Assembly (NCBI GenBank): GCA_043228905.1
Contig: JBHGNT010000013.1
Location: 17,174,001 to 17,238,000, forward strand
Reading direction: 5' to 3'
DNA length: 64,000 nt
From: Azolla caroliniana
Lineage: Eukaryota; Plantae; Polypodiophyta
Numbering within the stretch: the stretch's first letter is position 1; each line of letters starts with the position of its first letter. Below, one piece after another: positions 48,565 through 62,300 of the stretch. The notes below the pieces were generated by a model, which worked only from the letters and a program-made list of their open reading frames with translations, was not told the origin of the DNA and ran no database searches. The translations under genes were made by a program, and so were the position numbers.

Positions 48565-51336
48565 ATGTGTCCAAACGTAATATCACTCGAGAATTTTCAT
48601 AACCTTTTGAAAAACCCCATCAAGAATGGAGACCTTACAACAGCGAGAAGAGTGCAATGTTTTATCTTCTCAATCGGTTTGGAATCTAATGCTAGCTTAG
48701 CAATCCAATTAATCCGCATGTTTAGTGTTTGTAGAAGCCTATCTGACGCCGAACGAGTCTTCCGAAAGCTTCTAGATAATAGTATCTTTACATGGACTGC
48801 AATGATAATGGCATATGCCAGTTTAGGTGATTGCCAAAAGGCTATCAAATTGCACTATGAAATGGAAGGGCTAACCATGGCACCTGATAGTCACAGTTTC
48901 GTGGCTGTCCTCAAAGCTTGTGCAAATGGTGGGTTTCAATCACAAGGTAGATTAATCCATTCTCATATTGTTGAAGCTGGCCTTGAATGCAATGTTTTTA
49001 TTGGAAATACTCTTATATGCATGTATGCAAAAGGTGGGGATATGGAGGACTCTCTACGGCTTTTCTACCGTTTTCCGAATAAGGACACCACCACTTGGAC
49101 AGCAGTTATTTCAGGTTTTTTCCAATGTGGGTATGCACCGAATGCCTTGCAACTTTTTGAGCAGATGCAATTTGAAGAGGGCATAGAACCTAACCTTGTT
49201 ACATGGAATGCTATGATTGCAGGATGTATGCAGCATGGACTCTGTGAAGATGGTTACAATCTGTTTTCAAGGATGCAACAGGAGCGCTTGCATCCTAACA
49301 AACTCACATGGAACTCATTAATTTCTGGATATGCTCAGCAAGATTGTGGGGACTTTTCTCTTCAGATTTTTAGGCAAATGCAAATTGAGGGAATTGAAGC
49401 AGATAAAGTTACATTCATGAGTGTATTGAAGGCATGTTCTACCATATCAACAGTAGATCAAGTAAGGTTCATACACTCCCAGATCATTCAAATGGACTTG
49501 GGGTCATCTGAACAAATTGGAAGTATCCTTATTGATGTGTATGCCAAGTGCAAAAGTGTGCAAGCCGCTGAAGAGATTTTCAACAAATTGACATGCAAAG
49601 ATAGTGTTTTGTGGAATACAATAATTTCAGCCCACGTAAACGAAGGGAGTGTCGAACAAGCCTTCAAGTTTTTCCTTCGAATGCAACATGAATGTGTGGC
49701 ACTGCAGCAGAGCACATTTGTTCTCATGCTCAAACTATGTTGCTGTAGGGGACTATTGCATGATGGGCAGTTGCTCTTTAACTATATCTATGATAGTCAT
49801 TGCCAGGTCAACTATTTTATTGGCACAGCCCTTGTTGATCTATATATGAAATGTGGGGCTGTTGAGGATGCAGCAACCATATTCAACAAGCTTAACCGGC
49901 GTGGAGTCGTAACATGGAGTGCCCTTATTGCTGGTTATGCTTGGCATGGTTATGCTACAGAATCAATACAACTTCTCCAACAAATGCAACAACAAGGCAT
50001 AAAGCCTAATGTAATAACATGGAATGGGTTGATTAGAGGGTGTGCCTACAATGGGCTGTGTTTTGAGGCTCTCACCTCTTTCCAAAAGATGCTCTTAGAG
50101 GGTTTTCAGCCCAATGAGGCATCATTAGTGGGTCTTATTAGTGCATGCTCAGGTGCTAAAAACTTGATACAGGGTGAGGCTTTGCATTCATATGTTGTTG
50201 AGGAAGGTTGGAACGACAATTCTAATGTTGGAACTGCATTGATTAACATGTATGCGAGCTTTGGTTCCCTCCAATCATCACTCTGGAACTTCAATACTCT
50301 AGCAAACCTTGATATTCTTGAATGGAGTGCGATTGTTGAAGCCTTTTCACAACATGGTCATTACCAAGAAGTTATTCAACACTTTAACACAATGCAACAT
50401 GAGGGTTTGGTGCCAAACCCCATTATAGTGTCCAGTGTCTTGAAAGCATGTGTGAATGCAGCTATAATGATGCTTTATCAATGTAAGATTATTCATGTCC
50501 TAGCACTAGAGCTTGGCTTTGGGACTAATTTATTAGTTGGAAACAACCTCATCCATCTATATACAAAGAGTGGAAGCCTTAATGATGCATGGAGGGTATT
50601 GGACAAATTACCCAATAGAGATGAGGTAACATGGAGCTCGATGATCGAGGGTTATGTAGATCATAGTGATTACAAATCAGCCTTGAAGTGTTTTGAGAGT
50701 ATGCAAAGAGATGAGTTTGATCCAAATGGAATCACATTTCTTAGCTTGTTGTCTGCATGTAGCCATGCTGGCCTTGTTGAGGAGGCCTCCCGATATTTCA
50801 ACCTAATGAGGGAGACATACTCTATCTCTCTAACATTTAACCATTATAGTTGCATGGCTGATCTTCTCGGTCGGGCAGGTTGCTTGATGGAGGCAGATGA
50901 TTTGCTCCAAACCATGCCTTACCAGCCCAACTTCCTGGGTCATCTTTGCTTGCTTAATCATTGCAAAAACTACGGAAATTCCTCAATAGGAAAGCAATAT
51001 TTTGATATGAGCTACAACATGACATGTCGGCATAGTGCGAGTTATGACTTAATGTCAGATCTTTATGCTAATTCTGGCAGCTTGGATGCATCATCCACAA
51101 ACTTGAAAGAGCTGAAAAGGTTTGCAAATGCGTGGAAAAAACCTGGAGGAGCACATGTGGAGTTTGACAATAGTGTACACTTCTTTAGTGTTGGAGATAG
51201 AAGCCACCCACAAATAACGGATATCTTAGGTACTCTGAAGAAGTTGTCATTGCAGCTAGAGAAGGAAGGCTATGTGCCCTATTTGGACCTCAATATGAAT
51301 GAGGAGAGCTCACATTGTATACAACAAGCTTGTTAA
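48565..51336 (+). CDS. PLS-class PPR protein with E1/E2 and a truncated DYW (E+) region of KP-like type, 923 aa, intronless
   Basis: P/L/S motifs, then HYSCMADLLGRAG. C-terminus ANAWKKPGGAHVEFDNSVHFFSVGDRSHP..EGYVP stops before the HxE and CxxC motifs. Confidence 0.93.
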   Translation: MCPNVISLENFHNLLKNPIKNGDLTTARRVQCFIFSIGLESNASLAIQLIRMFSVCRSLSDAERVFRKLLDNSIFTWTAMIMAYASLGDCQKAIKLHYEMEGLTMAPDSHSFVAVLKACANGGFQSQGRLIHSHIVEAGLECNVFIGNTLICMYAKGGDMEDSLRLFYRFPNKDTTTWTAVISGFFQCGYAPNALQLFEQMQFEEGIEPNLVTWNAMIAGCMQHGLCEDGYNLFSRMQQERLHPNKLTWNSLISGYAQQDCGDFSLQIFRQMQIEGIEADKVTFMSVLKACSTISTVDQVRFIHSQIIQMDLGSSEQIGSILIDVYAKCKSVQAAEEIFNKLTCKDSVLWNTIISAHVNEGSVEQAFKFFLRMQHECVALQQSTFVLMLKLCCCRGLLHDGQLLFNYIYDSHCQVNYFIGTALVDLYMKCGAVEDAATIFNKLNRRGVVTWSALIAGYAWHGYATESIQLLQQMQQQGIKPNVITWNGLIRGCAYNGLCFEALTSFQKMLLEGFQPNEASLVGLISACSGAKNLIQGEALHSYVVEEGWNDNSNVGTALINMYASFGSLQSSLWNFNTLANLDILEWSAIVEAFSQHGHYQEVIQHFNTMQHEGLVPNPIIVSSVLKACVNAAIMMLYQCKIIHVLALELGFGTNLLVGNNLIHLYTKSGSLNDAWRVLDKLPNRDEVTWSSMIEGYVDHSDYKSALKCFESMQRDEFDPNGITFLSLLSACSHAGLVEEASRYFNLMRETYSISLTFNHYSCMADLLGRAGCLMEADDLLQTMPYQPNFLGHLCLLNHCKNYGNSSIGKQYFDMSYNMTCRHSASYDLMSDLYANSGSLDASSTNLKELKRFANAWKKPGGAHVEFDNSVHFFSVGDRSHPQITDILGTLKKLSLQLEKEGYVPYLDLNMNEESSHCIQQAC

Positions 51337-52767
51337 TACTTTCTTTCTCTTGGGTTTCTGACTTTTATTGAGATGACAAGTTCAAGTCCCCCATATTGAT
51401 GCTTAATGTGATTTAATGCCAAATTTTTTGAATTTCCTGTCGTAGTGTCCCTAATGTTAATGATGGATATATTCGGAATCATACTTCTAATCATGTGGAA
51501 GCGATTGTCATGAATTGTGCACAAACACTTGCTTTAGTTGACCTTGAGTAATTACATTGAAGTGTTTTTAATGTTAGCCGGTATTTTGGATGGTGTCTGT
51601 TTGAAGACTTGTGTTGTCATCGATTCGCACTGTTTTATATTTCTGTGGAGCCATGATTTCTTTCAATTGTACACAAATACGGCTTATCCTGGAATATAGG
51701 CTTCATATGATAAGAGATGAGGGTAAAATCAACCAAATGATGCAACATCTCTTGTGAAATTTTCCTCTTCATACTTTTATCTATTTCTTTATTAATCTTG
51801 TTAATTATTGTCTTCATTTAACTATTTCATGAATAGTGTGAAATTAGTAATGTCCTTTGTTTTGGATGATAGCAACAATTTGAATTGCAAGTTCAACCCC
51901 TAAATCCAAAAAGGTTCACAAATTCCAAACATTTTGAGAAGGGGGTTTCTAGAAAATGTTGTTTGGTTTGTGGGAAGTGGGGCCAAATTAGGCTGAATAA
52001 GGTGTAATTGTAGATTGGGACCTCCCAAAGGGTACTTTTTAACATGACTTCGAGATTAGATTAATGAATTATCCTTTCGTATCGTGTTGATATGGATCCT
52101 AGATTGGAGGGAATTGCAAATTAATCATATTCGTATTATTTGTTAATCACATGGATATGATGTCTACAAACAAGTATGATTCCATTTGCATATCTTAGAC
52201 TTTGTTTTTAGCTCGTACAAAGGGCAACAAAATGTAACGTTTTCTTGTCAACACCACCTTTTGAGATTTTGAGCCAATGATGAATTGCATGAATGCATTT
52301 CTAATGATCCATTTCCCAACATACAAAGGACTATAGGTAGGTTAAGAATGGTTTAAGTGCAAATTAAATGTAATGAGAGACAAACATGGGAAACTAGACA
52401 TTACGGCAATAACATAGTGCTAAACCCTACATAATTCTTATAAATGATATTTTAATTACACATTTATGTTGGAGTGAAGTCGTAATTTCATATGGAGAGG
52501 AGAGATCACTTTAGGGCAATAGTATATTCATGTGTGTGTGCATGAGGACTCTTAAGCACCTATCATACACAAGGGTGTGACCAAGAGAGGAGAACACATG
52601 AAATAGGTATAGAGCTAGAGGATTAAGGTCACACCCAAATGCCAAAGGGACAAGTCCTTTATGTAAAGAACTATAAAGCTCACCTTTATACCTTTTCAGT
52701 TCTTATGGATCTTCCAAAACTTCTAACTTCATTAACAATCATAACTTATTATTATTATTATCGTAAT

Positions 52768-52838
52768 TAGCTTACCCTAGTGGTAAGTCGATAACATTAC
52801 AAGCATTGTGTCTTGGGTTCGAAACCCAATTTCCTCAC
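52768..52838 (+). mobile_element. tRNA-derived SINE-like head
   Basis: A-box-like TAGTGGTAA and B-box GGTTCGAAACC with tRNA-like spacing; no intact cloverleaf evident. Confidence 0.5.
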
Positions 52839-52886
52839 CTCTCTATTATATACTTCATATATATCTCTATTTCACTAGATGCCATT

Positions 52887-52952
52887 GTGGAATGTAGGGG
52901 TTGAACCCATGACCACCTGGTCTCCATTGAGCAACCTTACCAACTTGCTCCA
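52887..52952 (-). mobile_element. tRNA-derived SINE-like head (opposite orientation)
   Basis: Minus strand TGGAGCAAGTTGGTAAG...GGGTTCAACCCC gives A- and B-box-like motifs. Confidence 0.5.
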
Positions 52953-52965
52953 ATAAAGAAAATTG

Positions 52966-54943
52966 TCACATTAGTATTCCCTTCAACTTTCGTCGATATG
53001 TTTTCACTTCATGTCTACCATCGAATATAAAAGCGTTGTGCATATTCCAATTATGACGCAATCCCCAATATCTCAAAAATAGAAAAACAATCTCCATCTC
53101 TAACTTTGGGTCCACCTGTATAAATTGTGCAAACACCCACTGTCTAGGTGTCAAATAACACCGTGATAAAACTTGCCAAATTTGAGAAATGTAACTCCAA
53201 ATCTGAGAAGCAATCGGGCATTGTATAAATCGATGAGTACTATCTTCCATTTGAGCAGTGCAAAAAAAACAATTACCCGTTGCTAGTCCACGACGCTTTA
53301 GAGCTAATCCCAAAGGCAATCCTCCAATCAAAACTCTCCAAATGAAGACCTTTGCTATAAGTGGCAATTTAGAATGCCAACTACGTTATAAGATTTGCCA
53401 CCACCCATTATCAGATTTGTGTAATCTCCATTCTTCTTCAGCCTTAGACGATAACCATCCAAGAGACTCAACAGAGCAATGATACAAAAGATTAGTGGTC
53501 ACTTGTAACAACGATGTTTGACCCTTTAAACGCCAATCAATCCACAGTTGTTCTCTTGTTTGTAGAGGTAAGGGACCTTGCATCAATGGAATATTTCGTA
53601 GTTGTTGCCAAATAAACCCATAATTAGGTGGAATGCGTAATAATTGTCGTGCTTCAACAAACTCCAAAATTCTTTGAGATAGAGCCTCAACTATATCTCC
53701 CACCTCTGACCCCCAAACGAAACAAACGATTAAATTGAGAGCGTAATCTCTCCTTTCTTGGCCAACATAATAACTGAGAAGACACAAGTAACTCTTTTTG
53801 CAAAGAATTACAATGCTCTCTATTAGATGATGGTTTCCATACACATAACAAGAGTGCTTCTTGCCATGAGGTAACCAAGTGTTGAACACATGTAGAGCCC
53901 GGAATCCTAAGTGAAATATATCCATTTAGTAATTGCCACCATGAAGCCTTAATTGTTGTCCTCCCATGTGTTAAACCCTTGTTCTCAATGAAATATTGAA
54001 CAATAGATATCCATGGTTCTGAGTTTGAACACATGTCTTGTAATAATGAAAATCTACGAGCCATCATATGCTTAGATAATTTCAATACTCCAGCTCCCCC
54101 CAAGCGCTTAGGAGTTGCTAGATGATTCCATGCAACCCAAGTGATTCCCATCTTATCCCTTTTCTTCCACAACAAATATCGAAGAGGTTGCAAAATAGAA
54201 TGCAAAGTCTTCTTTGTCCACAACAACAATGGCAATTAATATAATATAATAGGTTCCATAATACATTGTACAACCTTCAAACGTACATGAAATGGCCAAG
54301 ATTGTGATTTCCAATACATGAACTTATCCCTCAACTTACTAGACATCCATTCAATCAATTGACCATTTGTAACATTCATTCCTAATGGATAGCCCAAGTG
54401 TAAAAAAATAGAGCCTTTCTTCACCACGGATCCTTGCCATCCTAAACATTCCAAATCCCTATCAGTACATGATATGAGACTAGACTTCCTCCAATTAATA
54501 TGTAATCCGGAAGCCAATTCAAATTGGTTCCATACAAGCATCCCCTTCTCAAGATTCTCTCGTGAGGCTTGTAGAAACATGAAATAATCATTAGCCAAAG
54601 CTTGTGCAACTAGTTGCCCTCCAGACGAAAGGTCTAGACCCACAATACCACCATTTGTTGCAAGCCTTGATAGCATCACTAACAAGGGATGAGTAACAAT
54701 AGCAAACAACAACAGGCTTATAGGGCATCCTTGACGAACGGATCTTGTAAGGGCAATATCTGATGTAACTCCTCCTCCATTAAGCATGACTCGAGACACC
54801 GCATCTTGTCCTAATAAAAATATGAGGCGAGACATACGAGGTCCAAAGCCCATTGTATGCATTAACCCCGAAACAATGGACCAATTAACATGATCATAAG
54901 CTTTCTCCAAAGCTAATTGCACCATAATCAATTCTTGATATGT

Positions 54944-54945
<2 letters not shown>
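52966..54945 (-). mobile_element. 5'-truncated, frameshifted L1-clade LINE ORF2 (RT and zf-RVT)
   Basis: LEKAYDHVNW, RSVRQGCPIS, degenerate ALAND (FADD position), GLHINWRKS, PKRLGGAG, and zf-RVT FIWRVLIGGLP..CFFC..EDSTHRFIQC. The 5' end abuts a (GA)n tract. Confidence 0.88.
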
Positions 54946-54984
<39 letters not shown>

Positions 54985-57900
54985 TGTGTAGGGTAATCTT
55001 CACTAATTGAAGTTGACCTATTTCTACATGTTCTTATTTACTGGTCTTAATAAGTTAATTCTTAAGCATTAACAAGGCACAAATGAGTTTCTTGAGGATA
55101 GCCTTGTTAGAGAGGTGATTTAGAGTTTGCTAGGTCCACATGCATTAAGTTCACGATGTTAGTGTCTCGAAAGTGCATGACAAACACTCTCATATGATCC
55201 GCCATCAATAAAGTATATGATGCTATGAACTCTCTAACAAACTATCTTTGACAGGAGGCATGACTCCACCAAACAAAGATGTGCACTCAAGGAGAACACC
55301 TAGAGGTGGTCCAAGGAGTTGTATGTATATGGCACTCATTAATTAGACATCCTCCCATTTTTTATTTCCCTAAGGTTATTAGCTCCTCGAGAAAATATGG
55401 GAATACATAATCACTCCCCAACAAGAACCAACACGGTTGCAAAGTGTTGTTTGCTTGGCAAATGCTAAGTAATAATAAACTCCATAGAGTAAGACAAACA
55501 TTGTAAGGTTAAGTATGTTGTTTTTGGGTGTGAATGGATTGGGTGGGTTTCTTACCATATGTTGCAACCTGACATGTCATGTTTTGGAGATATTTGAATG
55601 TGGGTACCCATCAACGAGAAGAAAAGGATGTGGTTTTGTATTAGGGTTTTCTTTTCTTTTCGCTTGGGTACGCAAGAACAAGGTTACACAACTCTAATTC
55701 CATGAAAGGGATGGGAAAATTGACTACCAAGGGTCATTTGGTGATATTGAGATTTGAAGTGGCAAGAAGTTGGTATGTGTTATTAAAAGAGATTGGGGGT
55801 TGTGAATCAAATGATAAATGTCATGATATCTGTTTAATTAAAGTGAATATTGAGGACCCTTGGAAGAACAATATGTGATAAAATATCATTCTTGAGGGTG
55901 TCAATTATAGGATGTTTCCAAGATTGGTTCAAGGAAATGCGATAGCGAAATCTTTGTGGTGAAAATAGAGCGATAAATCACAAGATGATTGAAAAAATCA
56001 AGGGTAATTTGCAAAAGAGTATTAGGTTGTAAATCATGTGTAAATAATGTTTGTTGTAATTGTAATTGTTCAAAAACATAAAAAAAGCTTCATTATATTC
56101 TTTTTTGCAATGTTACATGTCATAAAGAGCACTTCATGAGTAACATTGTAGATGTTTGAGACGTAAAAATCATGCTCGTATGTTTAATAATAATAATATA
56201 ATAATCACCTTTCAGTGGTCTATGTACGATCTATGATGGATCTACCAAGAACCCACCCTACCCCACCGTACACGGGAATTTGTCTTCGCTTGAGCAAAGT
56301 CCTTACATGGCATGTTTTGGAGAATATATTTTTCTTTCTAAATTGACCCTAATTGCAATAAACAAGCTCTTTTGTATGTACTAGCAAGCTGGCACACATC
56401 TAAGTTCTAAACTTAACCTTTCAAGTGATGTTCGTCCTTTATGTTATAAATATAGACGTGGATATAAAGAACATAAAAGTGGAGTTATTTCAACTACAAA
56501 TAATTAATGGCATCTATTATCTATGTCAATTATGTTCCTTTACGTTCAAGAGTGACTTTATAAATTGGAGTGGATATATGGTGGCAATACGTAGTACAGA
56601 GATGGTTGTTCCCCCCTCCCATTAAATGATAGAGGGGCATGAATGACATGAGAAACATAGAGAACAAACATGTGGGCTATTGAGTGTAAGATAAATAAGT
56701 GATGTCGCCCATATGGAAGTGGTAATGACTACCCGTTAAAGAGACTAAAGTTGTATATTGTTGGTCATTTTAACTAATGGAGTATATTCTTATTTGGAAA
56801 AAAAAGAGAAAAAAGAAAAGAAAAAAGAAAAAATATGACTTTATGGGAAGGTAATGCCTTTGTGCTCACTATAACTATAAAGGCGCTTCTCATTCCATTT
56901 CCAAAGCATCTCTATCTATGCATTTTCTATATGCCTACCTAGTAAAAAGGAGTTCATAACAATGACCATATCACATCATCTATTATAAGAGTTGTTTCAA
57001 CCTTGAATATTACATAACTTCTAGAAAAGACAATAGGCTAAGGTGATATTATTTGGTTCGTAGCTTGTATCGGATTTGTCCTATCATCTAACGTATGCTA
57101 TGTGAGAGATGGGCATGTGTAGGACATTATTCATGTAATGTTCCATTATTATGCCCAAGGGGTACGTAGGCTCCATAGAAAGCCAACCTCTTGGGAGAGT
57201 GCCATCATTGTAACAGTGGTGTACCTTACATTTTTTATTTGATAAATTTACATGGTATTGCCTGTTTGCTCATGAGTGTGCACATTTTTGTCTATCACCA
57301 AGGTCTTTCCAAGTGTTGCCACCCCAGCAATCACAAGGCATCAAAGCCAAACACTACTAGTGTTACCTCTCACGGAGAACTCTGGGACCTCAAAGTGATT
57401 CTAGGTATAGGTGTGATTCTACATTAAAATCTCTGTCCATGCCAAAAGTCTTTGGTGCTTCTTGGTGGGCTTATAATCAGCTCACTCAAATCTGAAATCA
57501 GGATAATCCCTAGATCCTCCGTACAAAAGAATCGAATCAGATGAAATTGATGTGCAATTCAATGCTGACTTCCAACAAAAATCATACTAAATTTCTCTAA
57601 TTGTTGGTTATTTAAAGCATGAAATGGAAGCTTCACCGGATATTAAAAACAAATTCCCGAGCATTCATTGTCACATTTCAATTACACGACCATTTTTTCA
57701 AGATTGACTGATTACTAAAAGATAGCCACATCCTAAACTTGAATCAAATGAATATATTGAGGATGAAATTTATGAATACAACACCTGGCCATGGCACCAC
57801 CATGACCAAGTAAGTGGGTGACAATTGATATATGAGGTAAATATCGACTTCAATACTATAATACATACATGAATGTTTTGGAACTGTGTTAATACTGTTT

Positions 57901-59345
57901 TTGCTGTGTTAATCCTTCAAAAGTTAGCTCGACAAGTTCATCTATGCCACACCTTACTATAATTTCCCTCCTGCAAATCACTTAAGAACGTAAATTCAAA
58001 TCAGTAGATTGCTCATGAGTCACAAAATAGTTGAAATGTTGCGCCATGGCAACTTTCACATTGGAATGGAGGAAGAGGAAATGTTTATGTTGGTTCAATC
58101 ACCTTTGAGGATACAATGTACGTATGTAGAAACAAAGGAGTTGAACAATATGTTAATAGATTACAAATACAGATGGGATTCGAGCACAGACTAGATGACC
58201 AAACCACTAATATAATCAAAGTGAGTACACATTCAACGTACGTTCGCATGCTTGATGAGATACATGACAGATGACATGTCACAAGTGAATCTCTAAAGCC
58301 AATTTTACGGAGAATATTTCAGTTTGCAAGATCAAACCATGAATAATTAGTGCTAGCATGTGTAATATGTTTTGAATAGTGTTCTTATAAGTCACCTTAA
58401 GACCATGATTGGAATTATATATAACAAATATATATATATCCACAAAATAAGTGTGGGTGTCTAAATAATATGTTCATATAAATTAGATTAATGTGGTTAA
58501 AACTTAATGTTTAAAGGTGATGCTTTCACATTGTCCTTAAAGATGTAATGTCTTATTATTTTTATGGATTTGTGTGACATTCTAGAAGTTCTCTTTCTAT
58601 TCTAATGCCACTTTTACACTACATAATGGGAGGAAAAAGAAACAAAAAGGACACATTCACACAGATGTTGGAAGAGACAACATTTTCTTCTGTTTTCTAC
58701 CATTGGCCCACCCACAAGCATTTTTGTGCCTTGGGGTACCCTCTGTTGAAAATCATTATAGATGCAAATGCTACTATTTCTTTTGCTTTGATTGGTCGTT
58801 CATGTATAAAGAACAAAGAGAAAGAGTGTGAAAAGATTTAAAAAAAATTACAACGCATCGGAAGCCAAAGAACAAAACAAAGTGATGCAATTTCACCTTT
58901 CGTATTCCTAGAGTAGTCCATAACGACTCTTATCAATGTTTACTAAAAATCTTGTACCAAATATTGATCATGTGATGGGTATGCTTACCAAAAAAAGATT
59001 TTTAAAAGAGGGTCTTGATTATCCAACGCATAGGCTACCAAGAAAGATGTAAGCCTAAATTTATGCAACGCAAAAGATATTGAAGATTAAGAATTCCGGT
59101 TCTTTAACCCAATCTTTATCTTGATTCCATAACCTAAACTTTATCTTGGTTCTTTTTAACCTAATATTTATCTTGATTTCCTAATATTATTACTCTTAAT
59201 AGATGTGAAATGAATATACGTTCCTTTTTCATATAAACCTTACAATTATTTTTTCATATCTCTGTTAGATACATGCATCATGTCATGAATCCACAAGAAG
59301 AATGAGAGAAATAAGAGAGCAATGGAAAGAAAATGAACCTGTGTA

Positions 59346-62300
59346 TTAGAAGCTGAAAAAACTGGAAATTGAGCTTGTGCTAATCCGAGGGTTCTCGTTG
59401 AGTGGAGAAAAGCTGAGCAAGAACATCTCCTTAGACACTTTCCCAGTTCTATCCCACAGCTTGAGGAGCTTAGCTACCAAATCTGCACTCATCTTTATAT
59501 GTTCTTCATCATTTGGATTTGTCCACATCAGGTAAACTAACTTCAATTTCCTCTGCTTAGATTCCAAAGGTATACCCCATTGCTTGTACAGTTCGTCTCT
59601 TTCAGCAGAAGTCAAGGACGATTTCAAAAACTTCACTAATGACTCCCTTTCACGCTTTAGAGTTCTTGCCCTATTGTAAATTACATCACAATTCTTATAT
59701 TTTAGTAGCATATTTCATATCTAGTAGAACTAGAACTAAAATTAACAAAAATATGTTTGGGTCAATAAAATGCCGTGTTATTTGTGGCATATCATTGATA
59801 ATTAAAACAATAACAAACAAAAATATTAGGGTCAACGAAATCACCTATTATTAGTGGCTCATTTAGTGAGAACTAAAACTGGAACAAATACATGGTAATG
59901 TCAGCAAAATCTCCAGTTATTTGTGGCATAGTTACAGAAATGCAAAAAATTTCGGTTATTAGTGGCTTATTTAGTGGAACTAAAACAAGAAAAAATAAAT
60001 ATCTGAGTCAGTAAAATCCTGTGTTATTGATGGGATATTTAGTGAGCATCAAAATTAGAATTAACAAATATGTCGGGATCAAAAAAATGTCCTATCATTA
60101 GTGGCATATTTACTGAGAATCAAAGCTAGAATTAGTATTTATATTGGGGTCTCTTAAGAGAATGAATTAATATTAATGGCGTATTTAGTGAGAACTAAAA
60201 CAAGAAGAATAATTCTCTTACCTCAATCCAGGACTAGCACCGTGTTCTTCTCGAGAAAGGATGCTCCCCTTAAATCCTAGTGTTGAGTTATGAGTCCTGA
60301 GCCATGTTAGCCTTCTTAATTCAACTTCTACATATATAGCATCTCCAGGATCTCCACGAAACAAATGATAAAATTGTGATCTGTATACTATTGAAATATG
60401 ACAAATATCCCAGAGTTCAAAAATTTGCTTCTGTTTCATGTGGAACTCAGACTTCCAACTCTGAACTGATAAAACGAGTGATGAATCTGAAGGCAGTCCA
60501 TTACTTGCACCATTTTCTAGGTCAGAAACCTTAATCAAATAAGCAATAGTGTAATCATTAGCAACATAAATTGGCAACTTGATAGCAACTAACAGATATC
60601 TCTTATAATTGTCTACGCTTACACTACCTTTCAATAGACAACTTTCATATTTTCCATAAGTGCTTTAACCACAACATTGTCCATGGGGTATTTTGTACAT
60701 TGACATTCTTTTGTGTGGTTTCACCTCATATTACATAATGCGGGTTTTCCACGATAACAAAAGGGGTTTAGGGTTTAGGGTTGAACTGAAAATTGTTAAA
60801 AGATTACCCGAGAAGTAAGTACTTCTTTCTGATGCTGTAGCTCAGCAACCCTCTCCTTGAGATTCGTAACATACGCATGAACATTCACGACACTTTCTTC
60901 TGCATGACCACATTATACAACCTTTTGTATCCTGTTCTCCAACAACATGAATTTATATGATGATTAAGCATATACACTTACCTGCTTCTGGTGGGGCATC
61001 CTTGCCAATCACTAAATTATCTTTCACGAAAACTTGGAGGGCTTCCTGATTCTCATTTACGGAATTTCTCACAATGTTAAATCGTGTTGCTTCATTTTCA
61101 ACTTCACATTTTCCTAATGCAGGCAATATTGGCACAGTTCGTTTCTTCACCATATTGTCTTCATTATTGACAAGAACCTTTTCCACATCATCAAAATCAA
61201 CAAGAGCATCCTCCTCCTTACTTTCTTTACCATTTGTCTCTACCCTTTGAGTCTTGTTCTCCAATGATATGCCTATATCATTTGCATCTACCTTAATAGT
61301 TGCTTTCTTCAATGGTATATCTTTATGGTGAACCTCTACTGTATGCATTGCATCCTTCACAAATTCGTTTGTTCTACTTTCTTTGATAGTGACGTCTTTG
61401 GTAATAGAATATGTTTTAGACATGGATCCAGCTACCCGTGACTCATATATTCCATGTATCTCTGCTTGTAAGAGTGCAACATTATCTGCCGCTTCTTGAT
61501 TCTTGTTCAATTGTGACAAACACAAGCATTCAACATTTTTCTCAACAGCTTCCAATGCCTGATTTGCATCTTGTGCAAGTTCTGTTTGTAAATTTTCTAG
61601 TCTGTAAATTTCTTTAAGCAAGATATCAGAAGCTGATTTGCTTTGCTTTTCTGACACTTGTATTGTGCTATTATCGAAAGTTTGATTTAGAATTTTCTCC
61701 TCATTTACATCCACTGTATACTCATGCTTCTCAGGCTGAAACATATCTTGCTCAAAGGATTCATGAGTTGAATTAATGTGGTAGTAATACTCCTCAGCTG
61801 GACTTAATAGTGAGGTATCCACAGCATCAATCTTGGACAAAACCTGTGTTGTCCAGATCCAGTCAAAAGGTCAGAACGACCTTCAAACCCTTCCACAGTG
61901 CAGAGCTATTTATGCATAACCACACACAATGACGTTTGGGTATCTGTTGCAATTACTCACTAATTAAAGTGTGCAATTACAACTACATAGAGAAGCATGT
62001 AATAATCTCACACATCACATTTGGGTACATTTTGCAATTACTTGTTTACATGTGCACTCAAGCACACGGAAGAAGCATGTGTTACAGTTATTTATCTGTT
62101 CTTTCAATACTTAATCACATACACAATCATATGTGAATCTGTGTTGCAATTACTTTTTCCTTTCCATATTCACTCATAATCACATGGAAGAAACAAATAA
62201 TACATTTATTCATCAATACTCACATGCTGCCTTTCATCCTCCATTGCCTCCATCTGTTTTAGGACAGCATTTAATTGTGATTGTACAAAATCCCTCTGTT

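Noticed and set aside
52768-52952. Possible tRNA genes
   Set aside because: A/B boxes are present but there is no convincing acceptor or anticodon stem; treated as SINE-like.
59700-60210. Regularly spaced repeats resembling a CRISPR array
   Set aside because: Eukaryotic intron, degenerate units, no unique spacers and no cas genes; it is a minisatellite.
60767-60782. TTTAGGG telomeric repeat
   Set aside because: Only about 2 units inside an intron; not an interstitial telomere.
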